Shown one piece after another: positions 19,686 through 28,463 of a stretch of DNA of 64,000 nt. The stretch spans positions 29,141 to 93,140 of IMG/VR virus record IMGVR_UViG_3300037585_001448. One strand, 5' to 3'. The first letter of the stretch is position 1; each line of letters begins with the position of its first letter. The translations under genes and the position numbers were made by a program. The notes beneath the pieces are model-generated. The model was not told the origin of the DNA and did no database searches. It saw only the letters and a list, made by a program, of their open reading frames with translations. This DNA comes from a virus.

Positions 19686-19934
19686 CTACGCCCCCTGATC
19701 GCCTGTCATCTGACGGGCAGCGACAAGACGTTTAGCGGCAGCGTCGCTGAACGGTCGTTCGGTAGCCGCAGGAGGGGCCGACTCGTTGCGGCACTTGCAG
19801 CGAGAACACTTGATCGTCCACGGTGCCGTCACCCGTTCGGCCAGCAACCGTCCACAGTTCCCGCACCGGACCTTGAGGCGCGTTACCCGCTTCGCTTCTG
19901 GTACGAACTGCTCGGCATAGGCGTCGTCGTTCAT
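19686..19934 (-). CDS. Mu Com-like zinc-ribbon regulator
   Basis: VRCGNCGRLLAE...IKCSRCKCRN, typical Com-family C4 finger; start ATG 19934. Confidence 0.75.
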   Translation of the reverse strand: MNDDAYAEQFVPEAKRVTRLKVRCGNCGRLLAERVTAPWTIKCSRCKCRNESAPPAATERPFSDAAAKRLVAARQMTGDQGA

Positions 19935-19941
19935 CAGGCAT

Positions 19942-20349
19942 CTACGAGATCGTCTTCTGGCAGGTGAAGTTGATGGAGAACACCGCCCGGTCCTGACTGT
20001 CCCGCATGATCGGGAACGGCGACTGGATCGCTTGGATGCGTTCATACCGGGTGGAGGACAGGTCTTCGTTCGTGACAAGGTTCATCTTGTCGAACACATC
20101 CTTTGCCAGAGCACGGCCCGTCGAATACGACGACGCCCGGATCAGGGTTTGGACGTTGGGTTGTTCAATGACCGGAGCCGAGTTGTTCGACATGGTGTTG
20201 ATCGGACCCTGACCGCCGGTTTCCTGAACGGAGACACAGGTGTCGGGGTCGTCGGGGAGGCGACCAAGGAACAGGTTGGTGCCGAGCGTCAATGTTACGT
20301 TTGTGACATTTGCTGCGAGGTAGGTGCCGACCTCATCCAGCACGCTCAT
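19942..20349 (-). CDS. Tail terminator / minor capsid-3-like protein
   Basis: LFLGRLPDDPD..VSVQETGG; D...RAVFSINF; position. Confidence 0.75.
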   Translation of the reverse strand: MSVLDEVGTYLAANVTNVTLTLGTNLFLGRLPDDPDTCVSVQETGGQGPINTMSNNSAPVIEQPNVQTLIRASSYSTGRALAKDVFDKMNLVTNEDLSSTRYERIQAIQSPFPIMRDSQDRAVFSINFTCQKTIS

Positions 20350-20789
20350 CGGAGGTCACCTTGGATCTCTCGCATGAGTCGCCGCTCCATGCCTTGGGCA
20401 GCCATGAAGAACGGGAACTCCAAGAACTTGCCTTGCCCGGACTTCTGGTAATACTTCTTCTCCACCGGGTTCCACGCCAACCCCCGGTTCGTTGGAACGC
20501 CCGCTGTTTCGTGGACCTCTTTCGCATACGGCGTGTCGGCGTCTCCGACTGTCACAGCCGTTTCGTACACTCCCCCCACCGGGTTCGTCATGGGAGGAAC
20601 CGTCGGTTCCTGCGCCACCGTGGACCTGAGGTAGCCGGTAGCGACCGGCACCAACCCGGTGACCGCTGTCTCCAACCGGTTGGCTTCCGTCCAGATCGCC
20701 CGCGCTGCCGTCTTCGGCAGGTTCTCAATGTCCTTGACCTTCTTGAAGAAGTCGCTCATGTCCAGATCGAACGAAGCGTTCTTAGCCAC
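20346..20789 (-). CDS. Neck protein (HK97 gp10-like)
   Basis: VPVATGYLRS, PYA..VHE, GQGKFLE motifs. Confidence 0.8.
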   Translation of the reverse strand: MAKNASFDLDMSDFFKKVKDIENLPKTAARAIWTEANRLETAVTGLVPVATGYLRSTVAQEPTVPPMTNPVGGVYETAVTVGDADTPYAKEVHETAGVPTNRGLAWNPVEKKYYQKSGQGKFLEFPFFMAAQGMERRLMREIQGDLR

Positions 20790-21144
20790 GGGTGTTCCTT
20801 CCGCAGAACACGACGACGCACTGTTGGCCGAAGTTGTCGGTGCGGCGCTCCACCTTGATGATCGGGCGTACCGCTGAGATCGGAGCGGGAAGGGTGATCT
20901 CGTCTTCCGGGTTGATGTTCAGCGAATCATCAGGGATGAACACCTTGTATTCGGCGATGCGTTCCTCGTTCTCGTTGCGGATCACATCATCGGACTTCTC
21001 CACATAGGCCGAATACGAAGTGGTGGCCCCCGTGAACGCCCGTTCGCCATAGTTGTTGAGCGACGAAGTAGTACGAATCGCCACCGTGTCTGGCGTCATG
21101 TCGTTCTTGATGTCGGTCATAAACTGGATACTGGAAGCGGTCAT
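20782..21144 (-). CDS. Head closure / stopper protein
   Basis: Position; TGATG-coupled start; NNYGE motif. Confidence 0.65.
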   Translation of the reverse strand: MTASSIQFMTDIKNDMTPDTVAIRTTSSLNNYGERAFTGATTSYSAYVEKSDDVIRNENEERIAEYKVFIPDDSLNINPEDEITLPAPISAVRPIIKVERRTDNFGQQCVVVFCGRNTRG

Positions 21145-21614
21145 CAGTCCGCACCCGGCCAAAACTGGATCGTGCCAGTCGTAGTACCCCTGTCGTCAAA
21201 CTGTCTCTGCCAGAACAACGGTTGCACCATGTCGGAGTTGCCACGGTCGATGTCCTTGTCAGAAATCGTCATGCCACCAAGGTACGGGGTAGGGACCAAC
21301 CCCTCCCGTGATGCCAGTTCCTTCAACTCGGTGGCTTGATCCCGGTAGCCCTTCGCCTTCTGGCTCATATCGACCCGAAGATCACCGACCGCTTTGTCGG
21401 CCATGCGTGAGAACTTTGATGCGATCGTCAGACAGCACCGGTACGAAGCGTCGTACAAACCGGTTGTGGCCGTATCCGACCCTGTGACCTGATTGTTGAC
21501 CCACGCGATCTCTTCGTCACTCACCAACTGGTCAGTCGTGTCGGTGTCGCCGATCAGAAATCGGATGGCGTCACGGGCGTTTGCTGACGGGTCACCGCTG
21601 TAAGTCCAAGTCAT
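21144..21614 (-). CDS. Head-tail adaptor protein
   Basis: MTWTYSGDP...IRFLIGDTD...SDEEI motif; follows the capsid gene. Confidence 0.75.
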   Translation of the reverse strand: MTWTYSGDPSANARDAIRFLIGDTDTTDQLVSDEEIAWVNNQVTGSDTATTGLYDASYRCCLTIASKFSRMADKAVGDLRVDMSQKAKGYRDQATELKELASREGLVPTPYLGGMTISDKDIDRGNSDMVQPLFWQRQFDDRGTTTGTIQFWPGAD

Positions 21615-21634
21615 TTCGTGCCCCTAACTGGCTA

Positions 21635-21669
21635 AGGCCGGGAGCCGGTGTTAGCCGACCCCCGGCCTT
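21635..21669 (-). terminator. GC-rich hairpin after the capsid gene (terminator/attenuator-like)
   Basis: aggccggg...ccggcct inverted repeat in the intergenic gap. Confidence 0.45.
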
Positions 21670-21698
21670 CTAGCCGTTCTTGCTCAACAGGTGAGGGT

Positions 21699-22646
21699 CT
21701 AGGCCACGCAGTTTGAGAAGAAGTAACCCAGAGGCGATGAGACGACCTTGAAGTCCCATGCGCTCTGAATCTCAATGCGGTCGGCCCGCAGGTGATCCAT
21801 GCGGAACCTGCTGACTGCGGTGCTCGTACCCAGACCGCCACCAACTCCGTTCCAAACGAAGTTGTACCCGGCGCTTGGGGTCATCAGACCTGCGCTCGGG
21901 GCGACGTAGGCAAGGAGGGCGTCCTTGTCACCGATCTGCGCGTAGGAGTCAGTTGCCCCCTCCGCAGCGGAATCGTAGACGCCTGCCATGACGAGGACAC
22001 GATCGACACCAAGTACCTTGGCGATCAAGTCCGTGTTGATGGACTCTGCGCTGGTGTATTTGTACCTGTCCACGATGTCGCTGTGGTTACGCAGAATAGA
22101 GAAGACTGCGTAAGACACGATCAACGTGTTCGCGATGTAGCCGGTGTTCGTCAGGATCGTGTTGATCCCGGCCTGAACGTCTGCGATCGGAGTCGAACCC
22201 GAAGCACTCCAAAGAGTGCTAGGGGTGCTGTCCGTTCCCCAAACGCTGGTTGTGAACGCCGACGAGGCCCAATCCCGCTCCTGACGAATCAGCATTTGCT
22301 GAGACAGGAACCGGGTTGCATCCATGTCGGGGTTCAGTGGGCTGTCAGAGTTCTCACGAACCTGATCGCCGATGTCCTTGTGCAACGCGTAGACCGACGT
22401 TGAATAGGACGCCGTGCTCAGGCCGTATCCGCTACCCGCCGACTCCGTTCCATCGGCACGCCGCTGAACAGCGTCCCGCATGAAATCGGACTGGGTGTAT
22501 TGGAAGTAGAGGTCTGACTGCTTGTTGACAGGTACCGTCGGAAAGGCGTTCGGTGCAACGAAGGCGTAAGCCTCCTGCATGTACGCAACCGACATATTGG
22601 TTAGCACGCTGTCAACGTGTACGTCATTTCTGGTTGGCTGTGGCAT
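21699..22646 (-). CDS. Major capsid protein
   Basis: 315 aa; HVDSVLTNMSVAY N-terminus typical of lambda-E/Mu-type capsids; position. Confidence 0.85.
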   Translation of the reverse strand: MPQPTRNDVHVDSVLTNMSVAYMQEAYAFVAPNAFPTVPVNKQSDLYFQYTQSDFMRDAVQRRADGTESAGSGYGLSTASYSTSVYALHKDIGDQVRENSDSPLNPDMDATRFLSQQMLIRQERDWASSAFTTSVWGTDSTPSTLWSASGSTPIADVQAGINTILTNTGYIANTLIVSYAVFSILRNHSDIVDRYKYTSAESINTDLIAKVLGVDRVLVMAGVYDSAAEGATDSYAQIGDKDALLAYVAPSAGLMTPSAGYNFVWNGVGGGLGTSTAVSRFRMDHLRADRIEIQSAWDFKVVSSPLGYFFSNCVA

Positions 22647-22659
22647 TGGTCAGTCCTTC

Positions 22660-23046
22660 CTACTTCGCACGGCCGTTGGTGACGTTGAGAATCATCTCAG
22701 TCGTCTCGCCAGCAGAAGCAGCACCGAGACACTGACCCATCATGTAGACGGTCGTGTCGGTGCCGGGAGAGATTGCGTCAGCCTGAGCGTCAGCAGAAGT
22801 CCCGATGAAGTTACCGGCAGCGAGTGTGCCGTCGGCAACAACCTTGGAAACTCCCGAGACGGCGACAATCGCCGACTCCCCGCTCTCTGGGGCGTTCTGG
22901 AGGATGCCGATTGGAGCGTTCGTGATAGCCGTAGCCACGTTCACCGTGCTGGCCGAAGCCAGAACGACGAAGTGGTACTGCTTGGACGAAAGATCCGCGG
23001 CAGCCGTGAGAGTCCCTATGGTGACTAATCCGGTTTCGTAAGCCAT
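22660..23046 (-). CDS. Capsid decoration/cement protein (DUF2190-like)
   Basis: AAADLS..QYHFV...IGILQNAP; directly upstream of the capsid gene. Confidence 0.75.
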   Translation of the reverse strand: MAYETGLVTIGTLTAAADLSSKQYHFVVLASASTVNVATAITNAPIGILQNAPESGESAIVAVSGVSKVVADGTLAAGNFIGTSADAQADAISPGTDTTVYMMGQCLGAASAGETTEMILNVTNGRAK

Positions 23047-23795
23047 CAGGCGTTCCCCGTTTCAACTCGGTGCTGGTGGTACAGGCCGGGGTTAGCAACC
23101 GTGACACTCTGGAGGGCATCGGTGTACGACGTAAACTGACCGTCGCTTACCGCTGCCTTCGCCAACGAGTCGATCTGCTCCCAAGCCGAATCGGTGGCCG
23201 GTTCGCCATCCGTTCCAATCTGAGCCATTGTGATGTTCTCCGAAAGGAGAGCATTTGCCGCGTCAAGAACCTTCTCAACGGCGGCAGCCTCGTTCGGGGA
23301 ATCGTGACGCAACGACACCAGAGTCTTGGTGAACTCTTCGGTCATCTGCGGGAGATACGACCAACCGCTCACACGGTCGGTGGCCTTCTCCACGGCCCTT
23401 TCATGCTGGAGTGCCTTCGCCAGAGACTCAGCATCGGTGGCCCGCTTGCGTAGATCGTCGATCTGCTTCGTGATCGCTTCGGGAACGGTGTCATCGACGG
23501 ACGCCATTACAGGCTCCCGCTCAACAGCGTCCACGGAGGTTTCGCTCGCATCGACAGTCTCCGGCTCGGTGGCCTCGGATGCCTCATCAGTGGTTTCGGG
23601 CTGCTCCACGCTGGTCTCTTCGCTCACGGTTATTCCTCCCGTGTCGTCGGTTGAGTCAACATCTGACATTAGCGAATCTGCTTCGTCCAGAACTTCGTCA
23701 AGGCTCTTCATCAGAAGCCACCCCTCGTGGAGATGGGCCGGATGGTCAACACCCGACGCTTCGATGATTTCTAGGTCTGTCAGTTTTTTCGCCAT
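23046..23795 (-). CDS. Scaffold-like protein
   Basis: MAKKLTDLEIIEASGVDHPA start, acidic linker, coiled coil; between protease and capsid. Confidence 0.65.
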   Translation of the reverse strand: MAKKLTDLEIIEASGVDHPAHLHEGWLLMKSLDEVLDEADSLMSDVDSTDDTGGITVSEETSVEQPETTDEASEATEPETVDASETSVDAVEREPVMASVDDTVPEAITKQIDDLRKRATDAESLAKALQHERAVEKATDRVSGWSYLPQMTEEFTKTLVSLRHDSPNEAAAVEKVLDAANALLSENITMAQIGTDGEPATDSAWEQIDSLAKAAVSDGQFTSYTDALQSVTVANPGLYHQHRVETGNA

Positions 23796-23805
23796 AATGC
23801 AGAAA

Positions 23806-23830
23806 GGCCACACCCTTTTCAGATGTGGCC
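23806..23830 (-). terminator. Hairpin followed by a short U-tract just upstream of the scaffold start
   Basis: GGCCACA...TGTGGCC then TTTCT on the minus strand. Confidence 0.4.
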
Positions 23831-23863
23831 CGTGGGCTTGCCTCTATTTTCCAGACCGTGGGT

Positions 23864-24079
23864 TCACGGCCTAGTCGGAACCATAGCACTTCCCTCTGGT
23901 GTAACAACGGTTACGACTTCTACCGGTTGAGGGCCACCGTTGAGCACGATGGTCGGGCGTTTGCGTACCGCACCCCGGTTGGCATACAACCGGACCTCAA
24001 CCTGACCATCGAACGATGCGACAAGAGCCGCTATGCGAGCGAGTTGCTGCTCCCACGAGTCAATGACTGGATGGCTCAC
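23864..24079 (-). CDS. Hypothetical protein (71 aa)
   Basis: GTGA overlap with the protease stop codon. Confidence 0.55.
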   Translation of the reverse strand: MSHPVIDSWEQQLARIAALVASFDGQVEVRLYANRGAVRKRPTIVLNGGPQPVEVVTVVTPEGSAMVPTRP

Positions 24080-25386
24080 ACCAAAGCCGGTTCGCCCAAG
24101 GCGGCTTCCATGCGTCGGGCGCTGCCACCGATCGAATACCCGCGGAGGTCGCCGTTCTGGACTAGATCCCACGCCCACGGTTCCCAGATGACACCCATGA
24201 ACGGGGTGTTGGCAGGGAAGTCGAACGCTCTGTCGTCTTCGCCGGGGAGGCTCATCGCTGCGGTGATCGGGAACGGCCAAGTCAGGAGTTCAACGAACTC
24301 TCCGGCTTTCGTATCGGAGTGCTGGAGGTAGATGGACCGGTCGTCCTTCTTCATCCACCCCCACAACGCTTGCTGCAATGTGTCGTCGTCAGTGAACTCA
24401 CCGTGGGCGTCCAACACACCGGGGACGTAAACCGGGCCGAGGGTGTACCGCTTCGCGTCGGCCTTCTCCACAACCATTGTCCCCGACTTGGAAATGCGGG
24501 TTTGGATCTCGGCACGAACGAACTGGCGCATCGCTTCGACGTTCGGCGTGTTGCCCATCATGTCAAAGCCGTTCATCCACTGGGTCAACTGGCTCAACGA
24601 CGCACGGCTCACGCGCTGCAACGAGATTTCGGCGTCTCGGCGGTACTCGCGACGACGCTTGCCCTTGCCCTGCTCCACGTTGGCGTAGGTGCCGCCCGGC
24701 GTGAAGTTCAGTTCGTCGTCCACGACCTCCATGCCGAGCATGTCAAGCATGATCTCCTGCTTGGCGTGGATGAGTTCCATCAACGGGCCAAGCAACGGTT
24801 CGCACTCTGGGCTGTCCAGCATCGTGCGGTACGCCATCAACAGGAGAGTCATGGCGTCCTGCTCGTAGCCGCCACCGCCGTGGTCCTTGTCCATGATGCG
24901 CTTCCCTACCTCGTCGGCTGGAGTGTGAGTCGTTGTGCGGCTGGCGAGCAAAACCCGCGGGGCATCGGAGCGTTCCATCTCTGGGTGCATGTCCAGCCAC
25001 GCTCGGAGCACCTTCGCTTTCACCGCGGGAAGGTCCGCTGCCGGGATGCGGACACGCTGCCCCCGGTAGCCCTTCCCTAGAGCAGCGACAGCCAAACCGA
25101 CTTGCCGTCGGGTGACCTTCATCTCTGGTGTCTGCCAGAGCCGCAACTTCCACGTTGACGGCTTCTCAGGATCAGGGACGTAGGCGTAAGCCACGGCGGG
25201 GTATTCCTCACCGCTGTCCGTCTTGGTTGCCTTCTGCATGTCGGCCCCCTCTGATGCGTACAGCGCAGCGATCTGACGGCGGGCCGCAGCGCGGGTCTTG
25301 TGGCAGCCCATCAACTGGTCGGTGCCGTCCTTGACGACGCCGAAGCCGGAACAATCGCTTCGGTTGGCAGCGACCGAGTAGGGCAT
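24076..25386 (-). CDS. Prohead protease (XkdF/S78-like C-terminal domain) with long N-terminal extension
   Basis: RYTLGPVYVP...DAHGEF...LQH...GDLRGYSIGG; TACGCT 7 nt before the ATG (leaderless). Confidence 0.8.
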   Translation of the reverse strand: MPYSVAANRSDCSGFGVVKDGTDQLMGCHKTRAAARRQIAALYASEGADMQKATKTDSGEEYPAVAYAYVPDPEKPSTWKLRLWQTPEMKVTRRQVGLAVAALGKGYRGQRVRIPAADLPAVKAKVLRAWLDMHPEMERSDAPRVLLASRTTTHTPADEVGKRIMDKDHGGGGYEQDAMTLLLMAYRTMLDSPECEPLLGPLMELIHAKQEIMLDMLGMEVVDDELNFTPGGTYANVEQGKGKRRREYRRDAEISLQRVSRASLSQLTQWMNGFDMMGNTPNVEAMRQFVRAEIQTRISKSGTMVVEKADAKRYTLGPVYVPGVLDAHGEFTDDDTLQQALWGWMKKDDRSIYLQHSDTKAGEFVELLTWPFPITAAMSLPGEDDRAFDFPANTPFMGVIWEPWAWDLVQNGDLRGYSIGGSARRMEAALGEPALV

Positions 25387-25413
25387 GGCCCGCAGCGTAG
25401 CAAGCCCGGTGGG

Positions 25414-25665
25414 TTACTTGATGAACCGCCTGACACCCCACTCGGTAGCAAGCCTCTTCGCTTCCTTTCGGGTGATGATGTCAACACTGTTGGCTTCGCC
25501 GAACCGCCAGTCGTTCAACGTCAGGGTCGGCACCCAACCATCTGGGTGAAGCACCATGTCTTGCAGATACGACGGCCCTTCTTCACTCATGTAAAGAACA
25601 GTGTGCGTCCCATCAGGTGCCGTCCTCGCGTAGTAGGTGCGGGTGACGGTGGACCGTCGGGCCAT
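25414..25665 (-). CDS. Small protein, candidate antitoxin (83 aa)
   Basis: TGATG coupled; TYY...W...DIITRKEAKRL. Confidence 0.55.
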   Translation of the reverse strand: MARRSTVTRTYYARTAPDGTHTVLYMSEEGPSYLQDMVLHPDGWVPTLTLNDWRFGEANSVDIITRKEAKRLATEWGVRRFIK

Positions 25666-25916
25666 CAGGCAGCGCCTACGTCGCGTGGCCCTACGTCTGG
25701 TGAGCCGACGAACCCGGTGAGGTCGGGCCACTCGCCGGGGATCTCCACGATGCCGCCCTCGTCGGCGATCTCCTTCATCTGCCGGGAGATGATCTTCCAA
25801 CGACCTTCCATCATCGGCGACTTCGGCAACTCAGACCGAGGGTCGCCGTACTTCCACCCGGCTGAGATTTCCACCATCATCCGGTTGAGTTCTTCGCTGG
25901 TTGGTACTGCCATCAT
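25665..25916 (-). CDS. Small protein, candidate antitoxin (83 aa)
   Basis: Own TACACT box and AAGGAG SD upstream. Confidence 0.6.
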   Translation of the reverse strand: MMAVPTSEELNRMMVEISAGWKYGDPRSELPKSPMMEGRWKIISRQMKEIADEGGIVEIPGEWPDLTGFVGSPDVGPRDVGAA

Positions 25917-25955
25917 CGTCTCCTTCGTTGCTTCGTAGTGTAGCCGGTTCTAGCG

Positions 25956-26501
25956 TCACAGGGCGATGGCCCCGGCGATCCGTTCAGTGATCGCAAAGTC
26001 GAACGGTGCAGCATCCCACCCGGTTGGGTCGTGGTCTACGCCCAGCCCGTCGGCGTCGAACTCCTTGACCAACTGTGCTGCGAGATCCGGGGCGACGTAC
26101 CGAAGCAGCGACAGGTACTCGGTGCGGAACGGTCGGGTGTGCCCCTTCGGGAGATCGTGCCGCCAGAACGACATCACATGGGCGAGTTCGTGGCAGATGA
26201 TCTGGACGTTCCAGTGTTGCCTGTTGAGTCGGATCGCCCAACCCGCGTGGTAGTGACCACCCCGGCTGGCCGAGTCCGACCGCTGCCGGAAACAGTGGAC
26301 TGGTTCGATCATGGCAGCGTCGCCGCCCCGTGCGTACCAGTACGGCGACTCGGTGATTGCATCGACCAGCGCCTTACACGAATCGAACTCGGTGAACGAC
26401 TGGTAGGGCTTCAACACGACCCGGCTTTCCGCGGCGTACACCAGTTCGGCCTCAACGTCAGAGACAACATCCACGGTCGGATCAGCAGACCACGCGCTCA
26501 C
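25956..26501 (-). CDS. SprT-like HExxH metallopeptidase (TIGR04338-like)
   Basis: ICHELAH...HTRPFRTEYLSLL; GTGA-coupled to the DUF2786 gene. Confidence 0.75.
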   Translation of the reverse strand: MSAWSADPTVDVVSDVEAELVYAAESRVVLKPYQSFTEFDSCKALVDAITESPYWYARGGDAAMIEPVHCFRQRSDSASRGGHYHAGWAIRLNRQHWNVQIICHELAHVMSFWRHDLPKGHTRPFRTEYLSLLRYVAPDLAAQLVKEFDADGLGVDHDPTGWDAAPFDFAITERIAGAIAL

Positions 26502-27358
26502 CGGGACAGCGCCCCTACCGCACCGCTCTTGACGGCTGAACCGCCAAGGCGTGCCCGTCCACCGGCAGCCTGTCCAGCCGACCGGCCCGACCCGCCGAAA
26601 GACCCGGCAGATGATCCCCGCCCGGCGCACACCTTCGGGTACTTCGTGTCGAAGACGCTCTTGACCGCTTGGTCCTTGTCACGCAACGCCACCTCAACCG
26701 ACGTACTGACGACCATTTCGGCTTCGGCCTGTTCGGCAGCGAACGCCTCTTCGGCTTCGCGTGTCGCTTCCAGCCGGGCTTGCCTGATCCGGCCCGCCAC
26801 CCGGTCGGTGAACCCAAGCAGGAACGCGTTCTTCCAAGCGATGACATGGCCCGGCGCGTATGTCTCCGACCGCATCTGAGCGACCATCTCTGGTGCATGG
26901 ACCGCTTCGGCGGCTTGAAGGCTCAACGAGGTGACGAGCATGTCCACATAGTCAAGGTCGGACTCAAAGCCGCAGACCTCAATCCACTTGACGTACTGCC
27001 GCTTCGGACGCGGACCCCGGTCGGCAACATCAACCTCGTACCAGTCGTTCAACTCTGGGGAGAACTGCTTGCGGCCCGCTTGGATGATCTGCGTCAACCC
27101 GTGAGCACGGGCGATCTGGGAAACCAGATTCATCCGTGGACTCTCGTACTTCCCGGCATCGACGTAGAACCGTCGAAACCCGATCGTGTCTTCGACCGGT
27201 TTGCCAGCAGCGAGCACCAGCGCCTCTTCGATGCCGTACTTCGCCATCAGGCGTTCGGCACCGCTGATGAAAGCGTGGGCCTCTTCCTCGTAGTCGGTGG
27301 CTTCGGCCTGATCCAGCAACGCCCGGACCTTGGCGAGCACCTTGTCATGGTTGCTCAT
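26498..27358 (-). CDS. DUF2786-domain protein
   Basis: KVLAKVRALLDQAE...EEEAHAF...AERLMAKYGI N-terminus. Confidence 0.8.
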   Translation of the reverse strand: MSNHDKVLAKVRALLDQAEATDYEEEAHAFISGAERLMAKYGIEEALVLAAGKPVEDTIGFRRFYVDAGKYESPRMNLVSQIARAHGLTQIIQAGRKQFSPELNDWYEVDVADRGPRPKRQYVKWIEVCGFESDLDYVDMLVTSLSLQAAEAVHAPEMVAQMRSETYAPGHVIAWKNAFLLGFTDRVAGRIRQARLEATREAEEAFAAEQAEAEMVVSTSVEVALRDKDQAVKSVFDTKYPKVCAGRGSSAGSFGGSGRSAGQAAGGRARLGGSAVKSGAVGALSR

Positions 27359-27723
27359 TAGATGATCCCCGCCTTGTCCAAGTAGTCGGCTGCGAACTTC
27401 ATCGCCTCGTTGAAGGCTCCGGCGTCTAGCGACCATGCAGGTACGCCGCCGTGGAGGTTGAGTCCAGCGGTCTGGCACCGGTCCTCGTCCAGCAAGGTTG
27501 ATGCGTAGTACCGGCTGGCGAACTGGCCGTGGCCGGGGAACGTCGGGTCGCAGTTCGGACGGGTGTAGTCGTAGAACTCAACCATCGCGCCGTATGGCTT
27601 GCCGTCCGGGTCAACGCTGTCGTTGACCAGACATCCGTCGCGACCGTAGGTCTCTCCCTGTCGGACGATCTTGACGAGGAACACCTTGCCCTCGTCGTTG
27701 GTCACCTTGTGGAACTTGTTCAC
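27358..27723 (-). CDS. Hypothetical protein
   Basis: GTG start after the start-associated sequence CCGACAACCAACAAGGAGAGACA. Confidence 0.7.
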   Translation of the reverse strand: MNKFHKVTNDEGKVFLVKIVRQGETYGRDGCLVNDSVDPDGKPYGAMVEFYDYTRPNCDPTFPGHGQFASRYYASTLLDEDRCQTAGLNLHGGVPAWSLDAGAFNEAMKFAADYLDKAGII

Positions 27724-27778
27724 TGTCTCTCCTTGTTGGTTGTCGGTTGGAACTCGTGGGCACCGGGGCAGCAAGCCT

Positions 27779-28234
27779 TCATTCGACGTACTCCCATTCG
27801 CCTAGACAATCCTGAATGAACAGGTCGTGGTTGAAGCACTTGGCGCAATCGCAACCCGCCTCGTACTCCCACTTCCCCTTGAACGGTTCGCCGGTCATGG
27901 TGTGCTGGTTGCGCCAACCCTTGACGGGCCGGTCCTTGGGGCGGGTCACCGCTGCCCGCTCACGGGCGTTGGCCTCTTCCCTCTCGCGCTGCTCCTGCTC
28001 CCGCTCTGCGATCAGCGCCTTGTCCTGCCGGTAAGCCGCGGCAACGTCAGCGGGATCGCCACCGCCGTGAACCCAACTCATACCGAACTCTGCGTAATCC
28101 TCGGCTGCGTGCTGTGCATCCATGTATTCGTCACAGGCCGGGCACCGCTCTGGTCCCATGTGGACCTCGGTCTGGCTTTCCGAAAACTCTGTGGCCTCCG
28201 GTTCCGTCGTGCAGGTTGCGATGTGCTCGCTCAT
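27779..28234 (-). CDS. Hypothetical protein with CxxC motifs
   Basis: GTGATG coupling; CPAC, CDCAKC. Confidence 0.65.
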   Translation of the reverse strand: MSEHIATCTTEPEATEFSESQTEVHMGPERCPACDEYMDAQHAAEDYAEFGMSWVHGGGDPADVAAAYRQDKALIAEREQEQREREEANARERAAVTRPKDRPVKGWRNQHTMTGEPFKGKWEYEAGCDCAKCFNHDLFIQDCLGEWEYVE

Positions 28235-28392
28235 CACTCGGCCTCCTTGATGTCGATGGTCGCCTTGGCTGCTGCCACCGTTGTCCACCGGGACTCACGG
28301 GGGAGCAGGGACAGGTACGGAGCATGAACAGTCACAACGCCATCGTCATCAGTTGTGATCTCATAGCCCTTGTAGGTGGTGGCGCTCATCAC
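28234..28392 (-). CDS. Hypothetical protein (alternative leaderless start at 28422)
   Basis: Follows a promoter + SAS cassette. Confidence 0.6.
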   Translation of the reverse strand: MMSATTYKGYEITTDDDGVVTVHAPYLSLLPRESRWTTVAAAKATIDIKEAE

Positions 28393-28422
28393 TGTCTCTC
28401 CTTGGTAGCCGGTCTCTGTCAT

Positions 28423-28458
28423 GACCCCAGTGTAGCCTGATGTAGCGCCTTGACGCAA
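28423..28458 (-). promoter_or_regulatory. Early-type promoter TTGCGT-N18-TACACT
   Basis: Member of the 7-copy family; ATG 6 nt downstream of the -10. Confidence 0.7.
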
Positions 28459-28463
28459 CATGG

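Noticed and set aside
28392-28422. TETxxQGET as a conserved targeting peptide on all accessory proteins
   Set aside because: At 37642 that frame contains a stop and at 37807 the motif is in another frame, so conservation is primarily at nucleotide level; kept only as a dual-start possibility.
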